From: Mobula hypostoma
Taxonomy: Eukaryota
Length of the DNA: 64,000 nucleotides
Assembly (NCBI RefSeq): GCF_963921235.1
Contig: NC_086097.1
Location: 76,014,001-76,078,000, forward strand
Direction: 5' to 3'
Shown here: positions 39,576 through 53,400 of the stretch, piece by piece
How the letters are laid out: every line of letters begins with the position of its first letter
Numbering within the stretch: the first letter of the stretch is position 1
Position numbers and translations under genes: made by a program
Notes under the pieces: model-generated
Seen by the model: the letters and a program-made list of their open reading frames with translations, nothing else
Databases searched by the model: none
Told to the model about the DNA's origin: nothing

Positions 39576-40587
39576 TGCTTTGAGGGCATTAGAGAGGATC
39601 CAGCCAGGGCTAACTGGGTGAATCTATTTAAAGGCAAAGGAACAGTTGGTAAGTGGGAGGCTTTAAAAAGGGTCATATCAAGAGTCCACAGGCAGCTTGT
39701 CCCTGTTAAGGTGAAGGATAGACAGTTCAATGAACCCCAGCTGATGAGAATTGGAGGCTCTGGTCAGGGTAAAAAAAAAAGAAAGCGTACATTGCTTTGA
39801 GGTAGCTGTGTACAAATAAGTCCCTTGATGAATATAAAAAGTTTAAGAGCAGGCTTAAGAAGGAAATCAGGAGGGCAAAAAAATGATGTGAGAAGGATTT
39901 GGCGTCAGTTAAAGATTACTCCATGATGTCTTCACAGTAAATGGGTGACAAGCATGAGACGAGGTCCTCTTAAAGACCAAAGTGTAGAGCCGTAGGAGAT
40001 GGCTGAGATTTTTAGTGTTTTTTTTTTCTCTCCTCTGTGTTTACTAAGGAGAATATCATGGATGCCAAAAAAATAAGGGAAATAAGTAGTGAAGTGTTGG
40101 AACATACATATATCACCAGAAAAGGAGGTAATTGCAAACTTGAGGTGCATTAAAGTGGGCATATCGACATGGCCTGATCAAATACACTCCTAGACTTTAT
40201 AGGAGGCCAGGGACAAAAGTAAAATCATAGAGGCACTTGTGGAGATAGTCCTTCATCGTTAGTCACTTGTGAAGTTCCAGAAAGCTGGAGGGTGGCTAAT
40301 GTTGTTCCCTTGTACAAAAAGGGTAATAAAGACAAGTCAAGGAGCTGAATTCATTTACAGGGGAGTTACTGAAGGGAATTCTGAGGGACAAAATCTGCTA
40401 TCATTTGGATAGTCAAGGTCTGATCAGGCATGGTTTTGTACGTGGGAGATCATTTCTGACCAATCCTCTGGAATTCTTTTTAAAGAGGGGAGATAGACGA
40501 CAGTAGATGTTGTCCACATGGACTTAAGATCCTACATGACAGGCTCACCTGGAAGCTTAGGTCACATGGGAGTTAGGAGGGGCTAGC

Positions 40588-41520
40588 AAGATGGTCATGC
40601 CCTGACCAATCAAGAATCTATCAACCTCTGCTTTAAATATATATAAAGACTTGGCCTCCATGGCTACCTGTGGCAACAAATTCTGCAGATGCATCACTCT
40701 CTGGCTAAAGAAATTCCTCCTAATCTCTATTCTAAAAGGATGCCCCTCTATTCTGACATTGTGTCCTCTGGTCTTAGACTCTCCCACCATAGGAAACATC
40801 CTCTCCACATCCATTCTATAACAGCTTTTCACCATTCAATAGGTTTCAATGAGGTTACCCCTCACTCTTCTGAATTCCAGTGAATACAGGCCCAAAGCCA
40901 TCAGACGCTCTTCATATGATAAGCCATTCAACCCTGGAATCATTTTCGTGAACCTTCTTTGAACCCTCTCCAGTTTCAGCACATCTCCTCTAAGATAAGG
41001 GCCTAAATCTGCTCACAATACTCCAAGTGAGGCCTCACCAGTGCTTTATAACGTTTCAACATTACATTCTTGTTTTTATATTCTAATCCTCTTGAAATTA
41101 ATGCTAACATTACATTTGCCTTCCTCACCACAGTCTCAACCTGCAAATTAACCTTTACAGAATCCTACACAAGGACTCCCAAGTCCCTTTGCGTCTCAGT
41201 TTTTTGTATCTTCTCTCCATTTAGAAAATAGGCGATACTTTCATTTCTTCTAGAAAAGTGCATGACTATACACTTCCCGGCACTTTATTCCATCTGTCAT
41301 TACCTCGCCCATTCTCCGAATTCGTCTGTACTTCTGTAGCCTCTTTACTTCCTCAAATCTACCTGCCACTCAGCCTATCTTCATATTGTCTGCAAACATT
41401 GCAACAAAGCCATCAATTCCATCATCCTAATTATTGACACATAATGTGAAAAGAACCCCTATGGAACAACACAAGTTACAGGCAGCTATCTGGAAAAGTT
41501 TCCCTTTATTCCCACTCTCA
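40588..41520 (-). mobile_element. CR1 LINE 3' fragment
   Basis: RMFPMVGESKTRGHNVRIEGHPFRIEIRRNFFSQRV; RT C-terminal remnants. Confidence 0.85.
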
Positions 41521-41522
41521 AA

Positions 41523-41784
41523 GCATTGGTTGCTATTGCAGCTCGCGGCGTCAGTGTTTGGAGTTCAATCCCAGCACTCTCACTCTATACGTCCTCCCTG
41601 TGAAATGCATGTGTTTTTTCTGGGTTCTCCAGTTTCCTCCCACAGCCCAAAGATATATCAGGCAGGTTAATTGGTAATTGTAAATTGTCCTGTAATTAGG
41701 TTAGGGTTAAATCGGGATTGTCGGGGGTTGCTGGGCAGTGGGGCTGGAAGGGCTTATTCAACACTGTATTTCAAAATAAATAAA
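41523..41784 (+). mobile_element. tRNA-derived V-SINE (HE1-like)
   Basis: B-box-like GGAGTTCAATCCC, V-domain-like CTCCAGTTTCCTCCCACAGCCCAAAGA..GGTTAATTGGT..TAAATTGTCC, (AAAT)n tail. Confidence 0.75.
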
Positions 41785-41892
41785 CTTGTATGTCACTACC
41801 ATTCATTGCATGGAGAGAAACGTACACTGGTGTGCAATGAGTATATTGGCTTTGGCAGATTTATCAGAAAGATATGAAAGAAAAATGCAATG

Positions 41893-42070
41893 GACACAAA
41901 ATGCCGGAGGAACTCAACAAGTCAGTAGTTATCCACAGAGGAAAATGAACAGTTGATGTTCTGGGCTAAGACAGGACTGAAAAGAAAGGGGTTAGAGATG
42001 CTGACCTGCTGAGTTCCTCTAGCTTTTTGTGTGTTTATCAAGATTTTCAGCATCTGTGGAATCTCTTGTG
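41893..42070. mobile_element. Penelope-derived fold-back mini-element
   Basis: Arm ACACAAAATGCCGGAGGAACTCA.. and inverted arm ..TGAGTTCCTCTAGCTTTTTGTGTG..CAGCATCTGTGGAATCTCTTGTG. Confidence 0.7.
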
Positions 42071-43839
42071 AAAGAGATGAGTTCTGAAATAAAGACATGG
42101 AGAAGACTTGGACAGATTAGGAGAATGGGCAAAGAAGTGGCAGATGGACTACAGTGTAAGGAAGTGTATGGTTACAAACTTTGGTAGAAAGGGTAATGGC
42201 AGACACTGTTTTGTACACGGGAGCAAATTCAGAAATCAGGGTGCAAAAGGACTTGGGAGTCCCAGTGCAAGATTTCCTAAAGGTTAACTTTCAGGTTGAG
42301 ACAGCAGTCAGGAAGGCAAATGCAATGTTAACATTCAGTTTCAGAGGACCAGAATATAAAAACAAGGATGTAATGCTGAGACATTGTTAAACTACATTTG
42401 GAGTATTGTGAGCGATGTTGAGCCCCATATCTAAGAAAGGATGTGCTGGTATTGGAGAGGGTCCAGAAAAGGTTTTCGAGAATATCTCAGGATTGAAAGG
42501 GTTAACATTGAAGAACATTTCATTACCCTGGGTATATATTAATTAGAATTTAGAAGAATGCAAGGGGCTGGGAGGGGAATCTCAATGAAACCTGCTGAAT
42601 ATTGAAATACATTAATAGAGTGGATGTGGAGAGGATGTTTCCATTAGGACCAAATGGCACAGCCTCAAATGTCTCTTTGGAAGAGATGAGGAATTTCTCT
42701 GGGCAGAGAGTGATGAATCTGTAGAATTCATTGCCACAGATGGCTGTGCAGGCCAAGTCATTGGGTACAGTATAGTTAAAGCAGAGGCTGATAGATTCTT
42801 GATTAGTAACGGCATCAAAAGTTATGGAGCAAAGCCAGAAAAATGAGAAAATAAATCAATCATGATTGAATGGCAGAGTGGACTCAGTGGCCTAATTCTG
42901 CTACAATATCTTATGGAATGGCAAAGCATAGGCTGAATGTCCAAGTTCTGTCCCTGGGGCTGGAAAGGATATACCACAGGTTACACCGGGAAGCAAGTGC
43001 ACCTTTGGTAACGATCTTTGCATCCTCACTGACCAAAAGAGTAGTACCAAAAATTGGAGGCTGGCAAATATTATACCTTCATTCAAGAACGGTGAGAGGG
43101 ATAATCCTGGGAATTATAGACCAAAGAGCCTTACATCATTGGCAGCCAAATTATTGGAGAGGATTCTTGGAGAGAGGATTTATGAGTATTTGGAGCATAG
43201 TATGATTAAGGGTAGTAAGCACGGTCTAGCGAGGAGCTGATCATACCTCTGAACATGATTGACTTTGAGGAAGTGACAAGACAAATTGATAAAGGTAGAG
43301 CGGGGTGGATATATGAATTCCAGTAAGGAGATCGACAAGGTTCCCAATAGGATCATTTACAAGGTCGGGCGCATGTTATCTAGGAAAATCTGTATACGTG
43401 GATTTGGAATTTACTTGTTCACATAAGGCATGGTGTGTATTTTTCCTGGAAATCAATGACTAGGAGTGTTCCACAGTTATTGTTCAGGGAACTCTGCTCT
43501 GTGATTTTTATTAATGACTTGAAAGAGGGACTGTAAATTTGCAGATGACACAAAGGTTGGTGGTATTGTGGATGATGAAGAAGATTGTTGTAGGTTATAA
43601 TGGAATGTAATGGAATATAATACATGCAGAGCTGGGCTGAGAAGTGGCAGATAGCACTCAGATAGAAAAGTGTGAAGTGATACACATTGGAAGGTCAAAC
43701 GTGAAGGCAGAGTACAAGCTTAACAGCAAAATTTTTAGCAATGTAGAGGATTAGGGGGATTTTTGGGGTCCACATCCATAGATTTCTTGAAGTTGCCATA
43801 CAAGTTGATAGAGGATTAAGAAGGCATATGTTGCATTGG

Positions 43840-43989
43840 AACAACGCACACAAACTGCTGGAGGAACTCAGTTCTCCTGAAGGGTCTTGGCCCGAAACAT
43901 CAACTGTACTCTTTTCCAAAGATGCTGCCTAGTCTGCTCTGTTCCTCAAGCAGTTTGTGTGTGTTCCTTGGATGTCCAGATTTTCTCTT
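43840..43989. mobile_element. Penelope-derived fold-back mini-element
   Basis: Inverted arms with a partial hammerhead (CTGAAGGGTCTTGGCCCGAAACATCAACT). Exact 14-bp TSD ATATGTTGCATTGG at 43826-43839 and 43990-44003. Confidence 0.8.
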
Positions 43990-44013
43990 ATATGTTGCAT
44001 TGGCCTTTATTAG

Positions 44014-44625
44014 GAGAGAAGATAGCGGCGCGCCTGCGCGTGCGCAGCCCTCCGGTGAAAAATGATATTGTATCTGTTAAATAGGGGCTGTGGACAATTC
44101 TGATTTGATGGAGAATGGACGTGAAAGCACAGAGGAACATCTGGAGAAATTTCTGAAACGCCCGTTCGCTGCTGTTACTGTGTGGTCGGGAATCTTTCGG
44201 AGGGTAGGCCTCAAAATCCCCGGCCTTGCCTGCTTTTGGCAACCGAGAAGGAGGTTGACTCGTACGGACAGAGATGGTGCTTGGTACTCGATGTCAGAGT
44301 TGGTTGGAGCTCGAAGTTTTTGGATGACTCAGAGTCGGATTGTGGTCGGCATGGTAGGGAGAGTTTTTCTTCCTTCTCCCATCTGCGTAAGATGTGGGAC
44401 ATTTGAGAAACTTTGAACTTTACTGGGCGCATGAACTTCTTCATCAAGTTATGGTATTGTTACACTGTTTGTAACTATATGTTATAATTATGTGGTTTTG
44501 TCAGTTTTTTCAGTCTTGGTTTGTCCTGTGCTTTGTGATATCAAACCGGAGGCAATAATGTATCATTTCTTAATGCATGCGTTACTAAATGACAATAAAA
44601 GAGGACTATGCGTCTTCATAATCAT
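44014..44625 (+). mobile_element. ~600-bp non-coding retroposon with a Rex1-like 3' end (non-autonomous/SINE-like)
   Basis: CpG-rich 5' end (GAAGATAGCGGCGCGCCTGCGCGTGCGC). 3' end AAATGACAATAAAAGAGGAC matches the Rex1 tail at 58841-58870 (minus strand GAAATGACAATAAAAAGTGAC). It interrupts a CR1. Confidence 0.55.
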
Positions 44626-45399
44626 ATATATATATATGCTAGTTGTGGATTAAATTCAAGGGCAGTAAGGTAGCGCTGCAGCTCTACAAGACTCTGGTTA
44701 GACCACACCGACATTGTATTTAGTTCTGGTCTCTTCATTATAGTAAGGAGGTGGAAGTTTAGAGACTGTGCAGAGGAGATTCACCAGGATGCTGCCTGGA
44801 TTCGAGAGCATGCCTTTTGCCTTATCAGGAAAGGCTGAAAGAGCTCGGACTTTTCTCTTTGGAGTGAAGGTAGATGAGAGGTAACTCGATAAATGTGTGT
44901 AAAATGATAAGAGACAAACAGAGTGGACAGTCAGCACCGTTTCCGATAATGACGTACTATTACGTATGTCCTAAAAGGACATACTATTAAGGTTTTTGGA
45001 GGAAAGTGTAGGGGAAATGTCAGAGATAGTATTTTTTTTAATACGGAGTGTGGTAAGTGCATGAATGCACTGCAGAGATGGATGAGGGACATTTGAGAGA
45101 CTCTTAGATAGGCACCTGGATGACAGAAAAATGGAAGGCTAGGTGGGAGGGAAAGTTTAGATAGATTGCAGAGTAGATTAAAGGGTTGGCAATAACATCA
45201 TGAACTGAAGGTCATATAGTGTGCTGTACTGTTCTGTGATGCTGTGCCTGGCATGGATGAGTTGGGCTGAAGCAGCTGTTTGTGCTGTATGGCTATGTTA
45301 GCTGTACATTGGCCATCACCAAACTGACCACTGAAATGCAAAATACTGGAAAACTGCAAAATAAACAAAAAAACGTTGGAAATACTTAGCTGATCAGAA

Positions 45400-48183
45400 A
45401 ATAGAAACATAGAAACATAGAAAATAGGTGCAGGAGTAGGCCATTCGGCCCTTCGAGCCAGCACCACCATTTATTATGATCATGGCTGATCATCCAACTC
45501 AGAACCCTGCACCAGCCTTCCCTCCATACCCCCTGATCCCCGTAGCCACAAGGGCCATATCTAACTCCCTCTTAAATATAGCCAGTGAATTGGCCTCAAC
45601 TGTTTCCTGTGGCAGAGAATTCCACAGATTCACCACTCTCTGTGTGAAGAAGTTTTTCCTCATCTCAGTCCTAAAAGGCTTCCCCCTTATCCTCAAACTG
45701 TGACCCCTCGTTCTGGACTTCCCCAACATCGGGAACAATCTTCCTGCATCTAGCCTGTCCAATCCCTTTAGGATTTTATATGTTTCAATCAGATCCCCCC
45801 TCAATCTTCTAAATTCCAACGAGTACAAGCCTAGTTCATCCAGTCTTTCTTCATATGAAAGTCCTGCCATCCCAGGAATCAATCTGGTGAACCTTCTTTG
45901 TACTCCCTCTATGGCAAGGATGTCTTTCCTCAGATTAGGGGACCAAAACTGCACGCAATACTCCAGGTGTGGTCTCACCAAGGCCTTGTACAACTGCAGT
46001 AGTACCTCCCTGCTCCTGTACTTGAATCCTCTCACTATAAATGCCAGCATACCATTCGCCTTTTTCACCGCCTGCTGTACCTGCATGCCCACTTACAATG
46101 ACTGGTGTATAATGACACCCAGGTCTCGTTGCACCTCCCCTTTTCCTAATCGGCCACCATTCAGATAATAATCTGTTTTCCTATTTTTGCCACCAAAGTG
46201 GATAACTTCACATTTATCCACATTAAATTGCATCTGCCATGAATTTGCCCACTCACCCAACCTATCCAAGTCACCCTGCATACTCTTAGCATCCTCCTCA
46301 CAGCTAACACTGCCGCCCAGCTTCGTGTCATCCGCAAACTTAGAGATGCTGCATTTAATTCCCTCATCCAAGTCATTAATATACATTGTAAACAACTGGG
46401 GTCCCAGCACTGAGCCTTGCGGTACCCCACTAGTCACTGCCTGCCATTCTGAAAAGGTCCCGTTTATTCCCACTCTTTGCTTCCTGTCTGCTAACCAATT
46501 CTCTATCCACATCAATACCTTACCCCCAATACCGTGTGCTTTAAGTTTGCACACTAATCTCCTGTGTGGGACCTTGTCAAAAGCCTTTTGAAAATCCAAA
46601 TATACCACATCCACTGGTTCTCCCCTATCCACTCTACTAGTTACATCCTCAAAAAATTCTATGAGATTCGTCAGACATGATTTTCCTTTCACAAATCAAT
46701 GCTGACTTTGTCCGATGATTTCACCGCTTTCCAAATATGCTGTTATCACATCTTTGATAACTGACTCCAGCAGTTTCCCCACCACCGACGTTAGGCTAAC
46801 GGGTCTATAATTCCCTGGTTTCTCTCTCCCTCCTTTTTTAAAAAGTGGGGTTACATTAGCCACCCTCCAATCCTCAGGAACTAGTCCAGAATCTAACGAG
46901 TTTTGAAAAATTATCACTAATGCATCCACTATTTCTTGGGCTACTTCCTTAAGCGCTCTGGGATGCAGACCATCTGGCCCTGGGGATTTATCTGCCTTTA
47001 ATCCCTTCAATTTACCTAACACCACTTCCCTACTAACATGTATTTCGCTCAGTTCCTCCATCTCACTGGACCCTCTGTCCCCTACTATTTCTGGAAGATT
47101 ATTTATGTCCTCCTTAGTGAAGACAGAACCAAAGTAATTATTCAATTGGTCTGCCATGCCCTCGCTCCCCATAATCAATTCACCTGTTTCTGTCTGTAGG
47201 GGACCTACAGTCTTTTCCTTTTTACATATCTATAAAAGCTTTTACAGTCAGTTTTTATGTTCCCTGCCAGTTTTCTCTCATAATCTTTTTTCCCCTTCCT
47301 AATTAAGCCCTTTGTCCTCCTCTGCTGAACTCTGAATTTCTCCCAGTCCTCAGCTGAGCTACTTTTTCTGGCTAATTTGTACGCTTCTTCTTTGGAATTG
47401 ATACTATCCCTAATTTCTCTTGTTAGCCATGGGTGCACTACCTTCCTTGATTTATTCTTTTGCCAAACTGGGATGAACAATTGTTGTAGTTCATCCATAC
47501 AATCTTTAAATGCTTGCCATTGCATATCCACCGTCAATCCTTTGAGTGTCATTTGCCAGTCTATCTTAGCTAATTCACGTCTCATACCTTCAAAGTTACC
47601 CCTCTTTAAGTTCAGAACCTTTGTTTCTGAATTAACTATGTCACTCTCCATCTTAATGAAGAATTCCACCATATTATGGTCACTCTTACCCAAGGGGCCT
47701 CTCACGACAAGATTGCTAATTAACCCTTCCTCATTGCTCAAAACCCAGTCTAGAATAGCCTGCTCTCTAGTTGGTTCCTCGACATGTTGGTTCAAAAAAC
47801 CATCCTGCATACATTCCAAGAAATCCTCTTCCTCAGCACCTTTACCAATTTGGTTCACCCAATCTACATGTAGATTGAAGTCACCCATTATAACTGCTCT
47901 TCCTTTATTGCACACATTTCTAATTTCCCGTTTAATACCATCTCTGACCTCACTACTACTGTTAGGTGGCCTGTACACAACTCCCACCAGCGTTTTCTGC
48001 CCCTTAGTGTTATGCAGCTCTACCCATATCGATTCCACATCTTCCCGGCTTATGTCCTTCCTTTCTATTGCATTAATCTCATCTTTAACCAGCAACGCCA
48101 CCCCACCTCTTTTTCTTTCATGTCTATCCCTCCTGAATATTGAATATCCCTGAACGTTGAGCTCCCATCCTTGGTCACCCTGG
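45400..48183 (-). mobile_element. Young 5'-truncated CR1 LINE (most of ORF2)
   Basis: ORF2 reads through 48101-45499 apart from a short deletion (~47205) and two nonsense codons (46696, 46093). (TTTCTATG)n tail. Near-identical to 20355-21894. Confidence 0.96.
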
Positions 48184-48564
48184 GGAAATATCTGGGGAAA
48201 GGGAAAACAGTTAATTTTTCAGGTCTAAGGGCCTTTGTCAAAGCTGTGAAAGAAAGATAAAGTAAATTTTAAATGCAGAGAGGGGAGGAAAAAATAAAAC
48301 AATAGAATACAGGAGAATAGGCTGTTGATTAAGCCTATCTGTTTCATAAAATGGTGAGGGTACTTTGAGAGAAAATAAACAACAGGACAACAGTCAAAGT
48401 TTAGAAAATTTCCAGCAGATCAGGCTGGAAATACTGCAAAGAGAAAAAAAGAAGTTAATACCGCAGAAATACATAATCTATAGCAGATGAACTTACTGAG
48501 ACATCATTCAGTGGGGCTTTATGGGTGGAACTGAGGAACAAAAAAGGAAAGAATTGATCACCTT

Positions 48565-49080
48565 CACAATGCTGGAGGAACTCAGCAAGGCAGGCAGCAT
48601 CTATGGAAAAGAGTAAACAGTCGATGTTTTGGGTCGAGACCCTTCATTGGGACTGGAGAAAAAAAGATGAGAAGTCAGAGTAAGGAGGTGGGGGGAGGGG
48701 AGGAAGAAATACAAGGTAGTAGAACCCGGAAGGGAGGGGCAGTGAAGTAAAGAGCTGGGAAGTTGGTTGGTGAAAGAGATAAAGGACTGGAGAAGGGGGA
48801 ATCTGATAGCAGAGGACAGAAGGCCATGGGCAGGAGCACCAGAGGGAGGTGATGGGCAGGTAAGGCGATAAGGTGAGAGAGGGAATGGGAAAAGGTGAAG
48901 GAGGGGTGGGATCCATTACCAGAAGTTTGAGAAATCAATGTAAATGCCATCAAGTTGGATGCTACCCAGATGAAATACAAGGTATTGCTCCTCCAACCTG
49001 AGTGTGGCCTCATTGTGGCAGCGAAGGAGGCTATGGACTGACATGTCAGACTGGGAATGGGAAGCAGAATTAAGATAGGT
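48565..49080 (-). mobile_element. Penelope-like element 3' fragment with degenerate hammerhead
   Basis: SHSQSDMSVHSLLRCHNEATLRLEEQYLVFHLGSIQLDGIYIDFSNF; hammerhead remnant at ~48618-48655. Confidence 0.85.
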
Positions 49081-49404
49081 TACTTGTACTTCCCATTCCA
49101 GTTCCGATAGGTCAATAGGAAGTGAGGTGGTAGAAGCCTGATGATCGAAGCCTGGAGGTCCAGGATTGGAGGGCTGTTCATGTGGATGGAAAGGAGGAAA
49201 GGGGCTTGTTTTGTTGCTTGTTCTGTTCTGCTGTGTTTGTGTTCCATATTGTTCTGCTGAGCATCGTAGGCATACTATGTATTTGCTGGGAGCACACATA
49301 TTCCGGCACCAGCATCTGTGGATGTGTTGGTTGTTAACACAAATGGCATAGTTCACTGTATATTTCAATTTACATGTGATAAACAAATGAATCTGAATCT
49401 TTTA

Positions 49405-49850
49405 CATGCCAGCCAAGGTGCCCATCTATGCTAGTTCCTTTGCCCACATTCCTCTAAACCTTTCCTGTCCATGTACCTGTCCAGTAGTTTTTTTAAATAG
49501 TTACTGTACCTGCTTCTATAACTCTCTGGCAGTTTGATCTATAAATGTACCACCTTCTACATGAAGAAGTTGCCTCAGTTCCCTTTTACATACTTCCCTT
49601 CTCACATTAAATCTATGCTACCTTGTTTTTGATTCCGGTTCCTGGGAAAAAGACCATGTGCATTCACCCTTTTTCTGTCCCTCATAACTTTATTGACCTC
49701 TATAAAAGCTACCCCTCAGTCTCTAACATTCCAGGGATTACAGTCCTAGCTTGCCCAACCTTTCCCAAAAACTCAGGTCCTCAAATCCTGAGAAAATTCT
49801 TGTAAATCTTCTTTATACTCTTTCCAGCTCAATGGCATCTTTCCTGTAAG
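49405..49850 (-). mobile_element. CR1 LINE 3' fragment
   Basis: Pattern matches the other CR1 3' ends in the window (CTCTAAACCTTTCCTGTCCATGTACCTGTCC...). Confidence 0.7.
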
Positions 49851-50490
49851 TGTTAATCAGCCTTTAGTTACCTGAAGTTGTACTTGAAGATCAAGAACTC
49901 AAATCAAGCATAATGCTGCTAGGTTTATTCGGCAGATCCCATGCTACCGTGTTGGTCCACCTGCAGCAACCACCACAAAGCACCAGAAAGATACCATTAA
50001 AGCCACCTCTACAAAATCTTCTAAATCCTCTCCCAGGTCAACATCCCTAATATTGAGACCACAATGGCTTTCAGTTAGCTCTAATTAGCAGGGTCACATT
50101 ATTTACATCCTCAACATCAAATTCCCAAATCAGTCACACTATTCCAAACTCACGCACTCGAAGAGATTGAGCGGAGAAATGATTCAAGGACATTCTCAAA
50201 TTCCCTTTGTATAAACGTCATACTTCATTCACTAGGGAGACTCCCCGCTCCATGACCACTTAAAACAGAGGAAAAATCCACTATGGCAATTAAAACGGTA
50301 GCTCTCTTCTGTCTGTCTGTATCTTGTTTTACGGCGGTTAGCATCCAGCTTAATGGTGCATTACCGCCACCCTCTGCTCCAGAATGTGCACTAGACATAC
50401 ATTCTAAATCCCTTCACACACACACACACACACACCTACACTTCACCCTCTCATCTTTGACCATCCTAGTATTCTATTCCTGTTTATTCG

Positions 50491-53400
50491 TCATATTCTA
50501 TAAAAAACCCCTGTACCCCTTAAAAACGCTAAAAATACCCGGACTTGTGCTCTCTCACCCATGCCCAGCAACCCTTTTAATGTGAATTCCCGCATCCCCA
50601 ACTCCCTTAATTTATTTCTCATCATCTCTCTCTGTATCCCATACTTCCTGCAACTCAGAACTACATGTTCTACTGACTCCTCTTCCTGACATTCCTCACA
50701 CAATCCTGTCTGGTGTTTCCCTATCATTTTCAATGTTTTGTTTAATGCACAGTGCCCCAGCCTTAACCTAGTCCACACAATTTCTTCTCTTCTGTTTCCA
50801 TTACCTACCCTAGTAACTGCAATACTCTTTTGTATTTGATATAAATGCCTCCCTTTCCCCTCCCTGTCCCATCTTTCTTGCCACATTCGGTTGACTTTTT
50901 CCCAGATTACACACTTAACCTCTGCTTTACTGATACTAATGTGCATTTCCACATTTTCTTTCTTTAACGCCCTCTTTGCCAACTCATCCACCCTCTCATT
51001 CCCCTTCACCCCTACATGTGCTGGAACCCATAGAAATTTTACCTGACCTCCCTGATTTGCAATTCTTGTAACTAACTGAAGGACTTCATAAAGTACATCT
51101 TGCCGACTGTTTGTGTGAAAAGACCTTAAACTTGCTAGAACTGAGGATGAATCTGAACATATCAATGCTTTGGATGGTCTGGCTTTCTGCACCCATTGCA
51201 ACGCAACCAACACTGCCAGCATCTCCACTGTAAACACCCCTAACTTATTAGATGTTCTTCTGCTGAATCCAATTTCTTTTGCTGGTATTACCACCCCAAA
51301 CCCTGTCACTCCTGTTTCAGGTTCCTTCGGACCATCTGTATAAATGTGAGTATAATCACTATACTTTTCCATCACATGACAGTTAAATGCATTCACCAAA
51401 TCTGTTTTATATCTTTCTTTCCTTTTTACCTCTAACAAATGCCAGTCTATGTCAGGCCATACAAGCTTCCATGGAGCTACAACCGGATAAACTACTGAAG
51501 GACTTATCCTCAGATCAAACATTCCACATTCTTTCGCGATATCATTCCCTACCCGACTAAAGGTATCCCTCTGAAACCTCCCATTTTCCCAGCACTCCTG
51601 CAACACTCCTTTAGTAGGGTGAGAATCATTGTGCCCCTGCAAGTTAGCCCAGTAGTTTGCCATCAGTTGCATCCTTCTTAGTTCCAAAGGCATTATTCCC
51701 ATTTCTACCTGTAGGGCTGACACTGGTGACGTTTTAAAAGCCCCACTGCACACTCTCAAGGCCTGAGCCTGAATCACATCCAGTTTCCTTATAAGAGACC
51801 TAGCTGCTGATCCATATACTATATTTCCATAATCCAATACAGATCTTACTAAAGCCACATACATTCTCTTCAAAGCTGAACAACTTGCTCCCCATTCCCT
51901 ACCAGTCAAACATCTCATCACATTTATTACTTTTTTACATTTCTCCTCAACTTTCCTGATATGGTCTGCCCATGTTAATCGTGAATCAAATATAACTCCC
52001 AGAAATTTAAATGATGCAACCCTTTCTAATTCAACCGCATACATCCTTAACTTCTTCCCTACCTCAACCCTTTTCCTGGTAAAAAAATACAGTTTGAGTT
52101 TTATCTACTGAAAATCTACATCCCCAATCATAACCCCACTCCATCACTTCATCAATTGCTTCTTGTAGTTTCCTGATTATATAGTCCATGTTCCTGCCTC
52201 TTTTCCACAAGGCCCCATCATCCGCAAACAGTGACCTACCTATATCCACTGGTACCTTTGTGAAGACATCATTGATCATAATCATGAAAAGTAATGGGCT
52301 AATCACACTACCTTGAGGTGTGCCATTTTCCACTATGTACTGTTTTGATAATTCTGATCCAATCCGAACTTGAATTTTTCTACCAAACAAAAAATCTTTA
52401 ATCCAATTAAAAACTCTCCCACCAACCCCCATCTTGTGCAGTTTAATTAATAATCCTTCCTTCCACATCATATCATAGGCTTTTTCAATGTCAAAGAACA
52501 CTGCCACTACTGACTCTCTATTTGCCTGGGCCTTCCTTATTTCAGTCTCTAACATAATCACTGAGTCCATGGAATTCCTTCCCTTTCTAAAACCACTCTG
52601 ATAACTTGCCAGCATTCCCCTTTTCTCAAGCTCATATGATAACCTTTCTGTTATCATCCTTTCCATTATCTTACATATACTTGATGTTAATGCAATTGGT
52701 CTGTAGCTAGTGGGTTTTGACAGATCCTTGCCAGGCTTCCTTATTGGAATTACTACTGCTTCTTTCCATGCACTTGGTAATCTTCCCTCCTCCCACACTC
52801 TGTTATAAAAATGCAGCAACTTCAAGAGCGCTCCTTCTCCTAGATTTTTTAGCATCACAGAGCATATCAGATCTTTCCCTGGGGAGGCTGGTCTCGATCT
52901 CTTTATTGCTCTCACCATTTCTGCTAATGTAAATGGATCATCAATTATATCATCTGTTCCTTCCCTCCTGCTTAACACACCTGGGTGTTGGCTCATTATT
53001 CTTTCCCTCCTTCTTCAGACAAATTTTCTGAACTGTGTATCAGTACAAATGACTTGGCCATGACCTCAGCCTTATCCCTACTGGAGACTGCAGTTTCCTC
53101 CTCAGATACCATTACTGGATATTCCCATTCCCTTCTATCTCCTCCCATCCTTTTAATCATTCCCCATATCTCTCCCACAGGTGTTGTTCTTCCTTGTCGC
53201 AAAAACTCCTCCAACTTGCCCTTTTAGCTTGACGTATAGTTCTTCTCACCACTGCCTGTGCTTTCTTATATTGAACCAAATGCTGCATATTATGGGTTCT
53301 TTTAACTAGCCTGAATGCTCTATTTCTGTTTTTTACAGCCTGACAACATTCCTCTGTCCACCATGGTACCAGTTTTCTATTCATCCTATTTTTACTCCTA

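Larger units (their letters stand above)
42090..45300 (+). mobile_element. Tandem degenerate CR1 fragments (42090-42915 and 42920-45300), the second interrupted by Penelope and Rex1-like inserts
   Basis: QKDLGV..VRKANAML; PGNYRP; KFADDTKVGG; CR1 3' UTRs at ~42900 and ~45290. Confidence 0.8.

Noticed and set aside
47377..48153. 258-aa plus-strand ORF (also 55776-56468 and 59952-60443)
   Set aside because: Antisense shadows of LINE coding regions.
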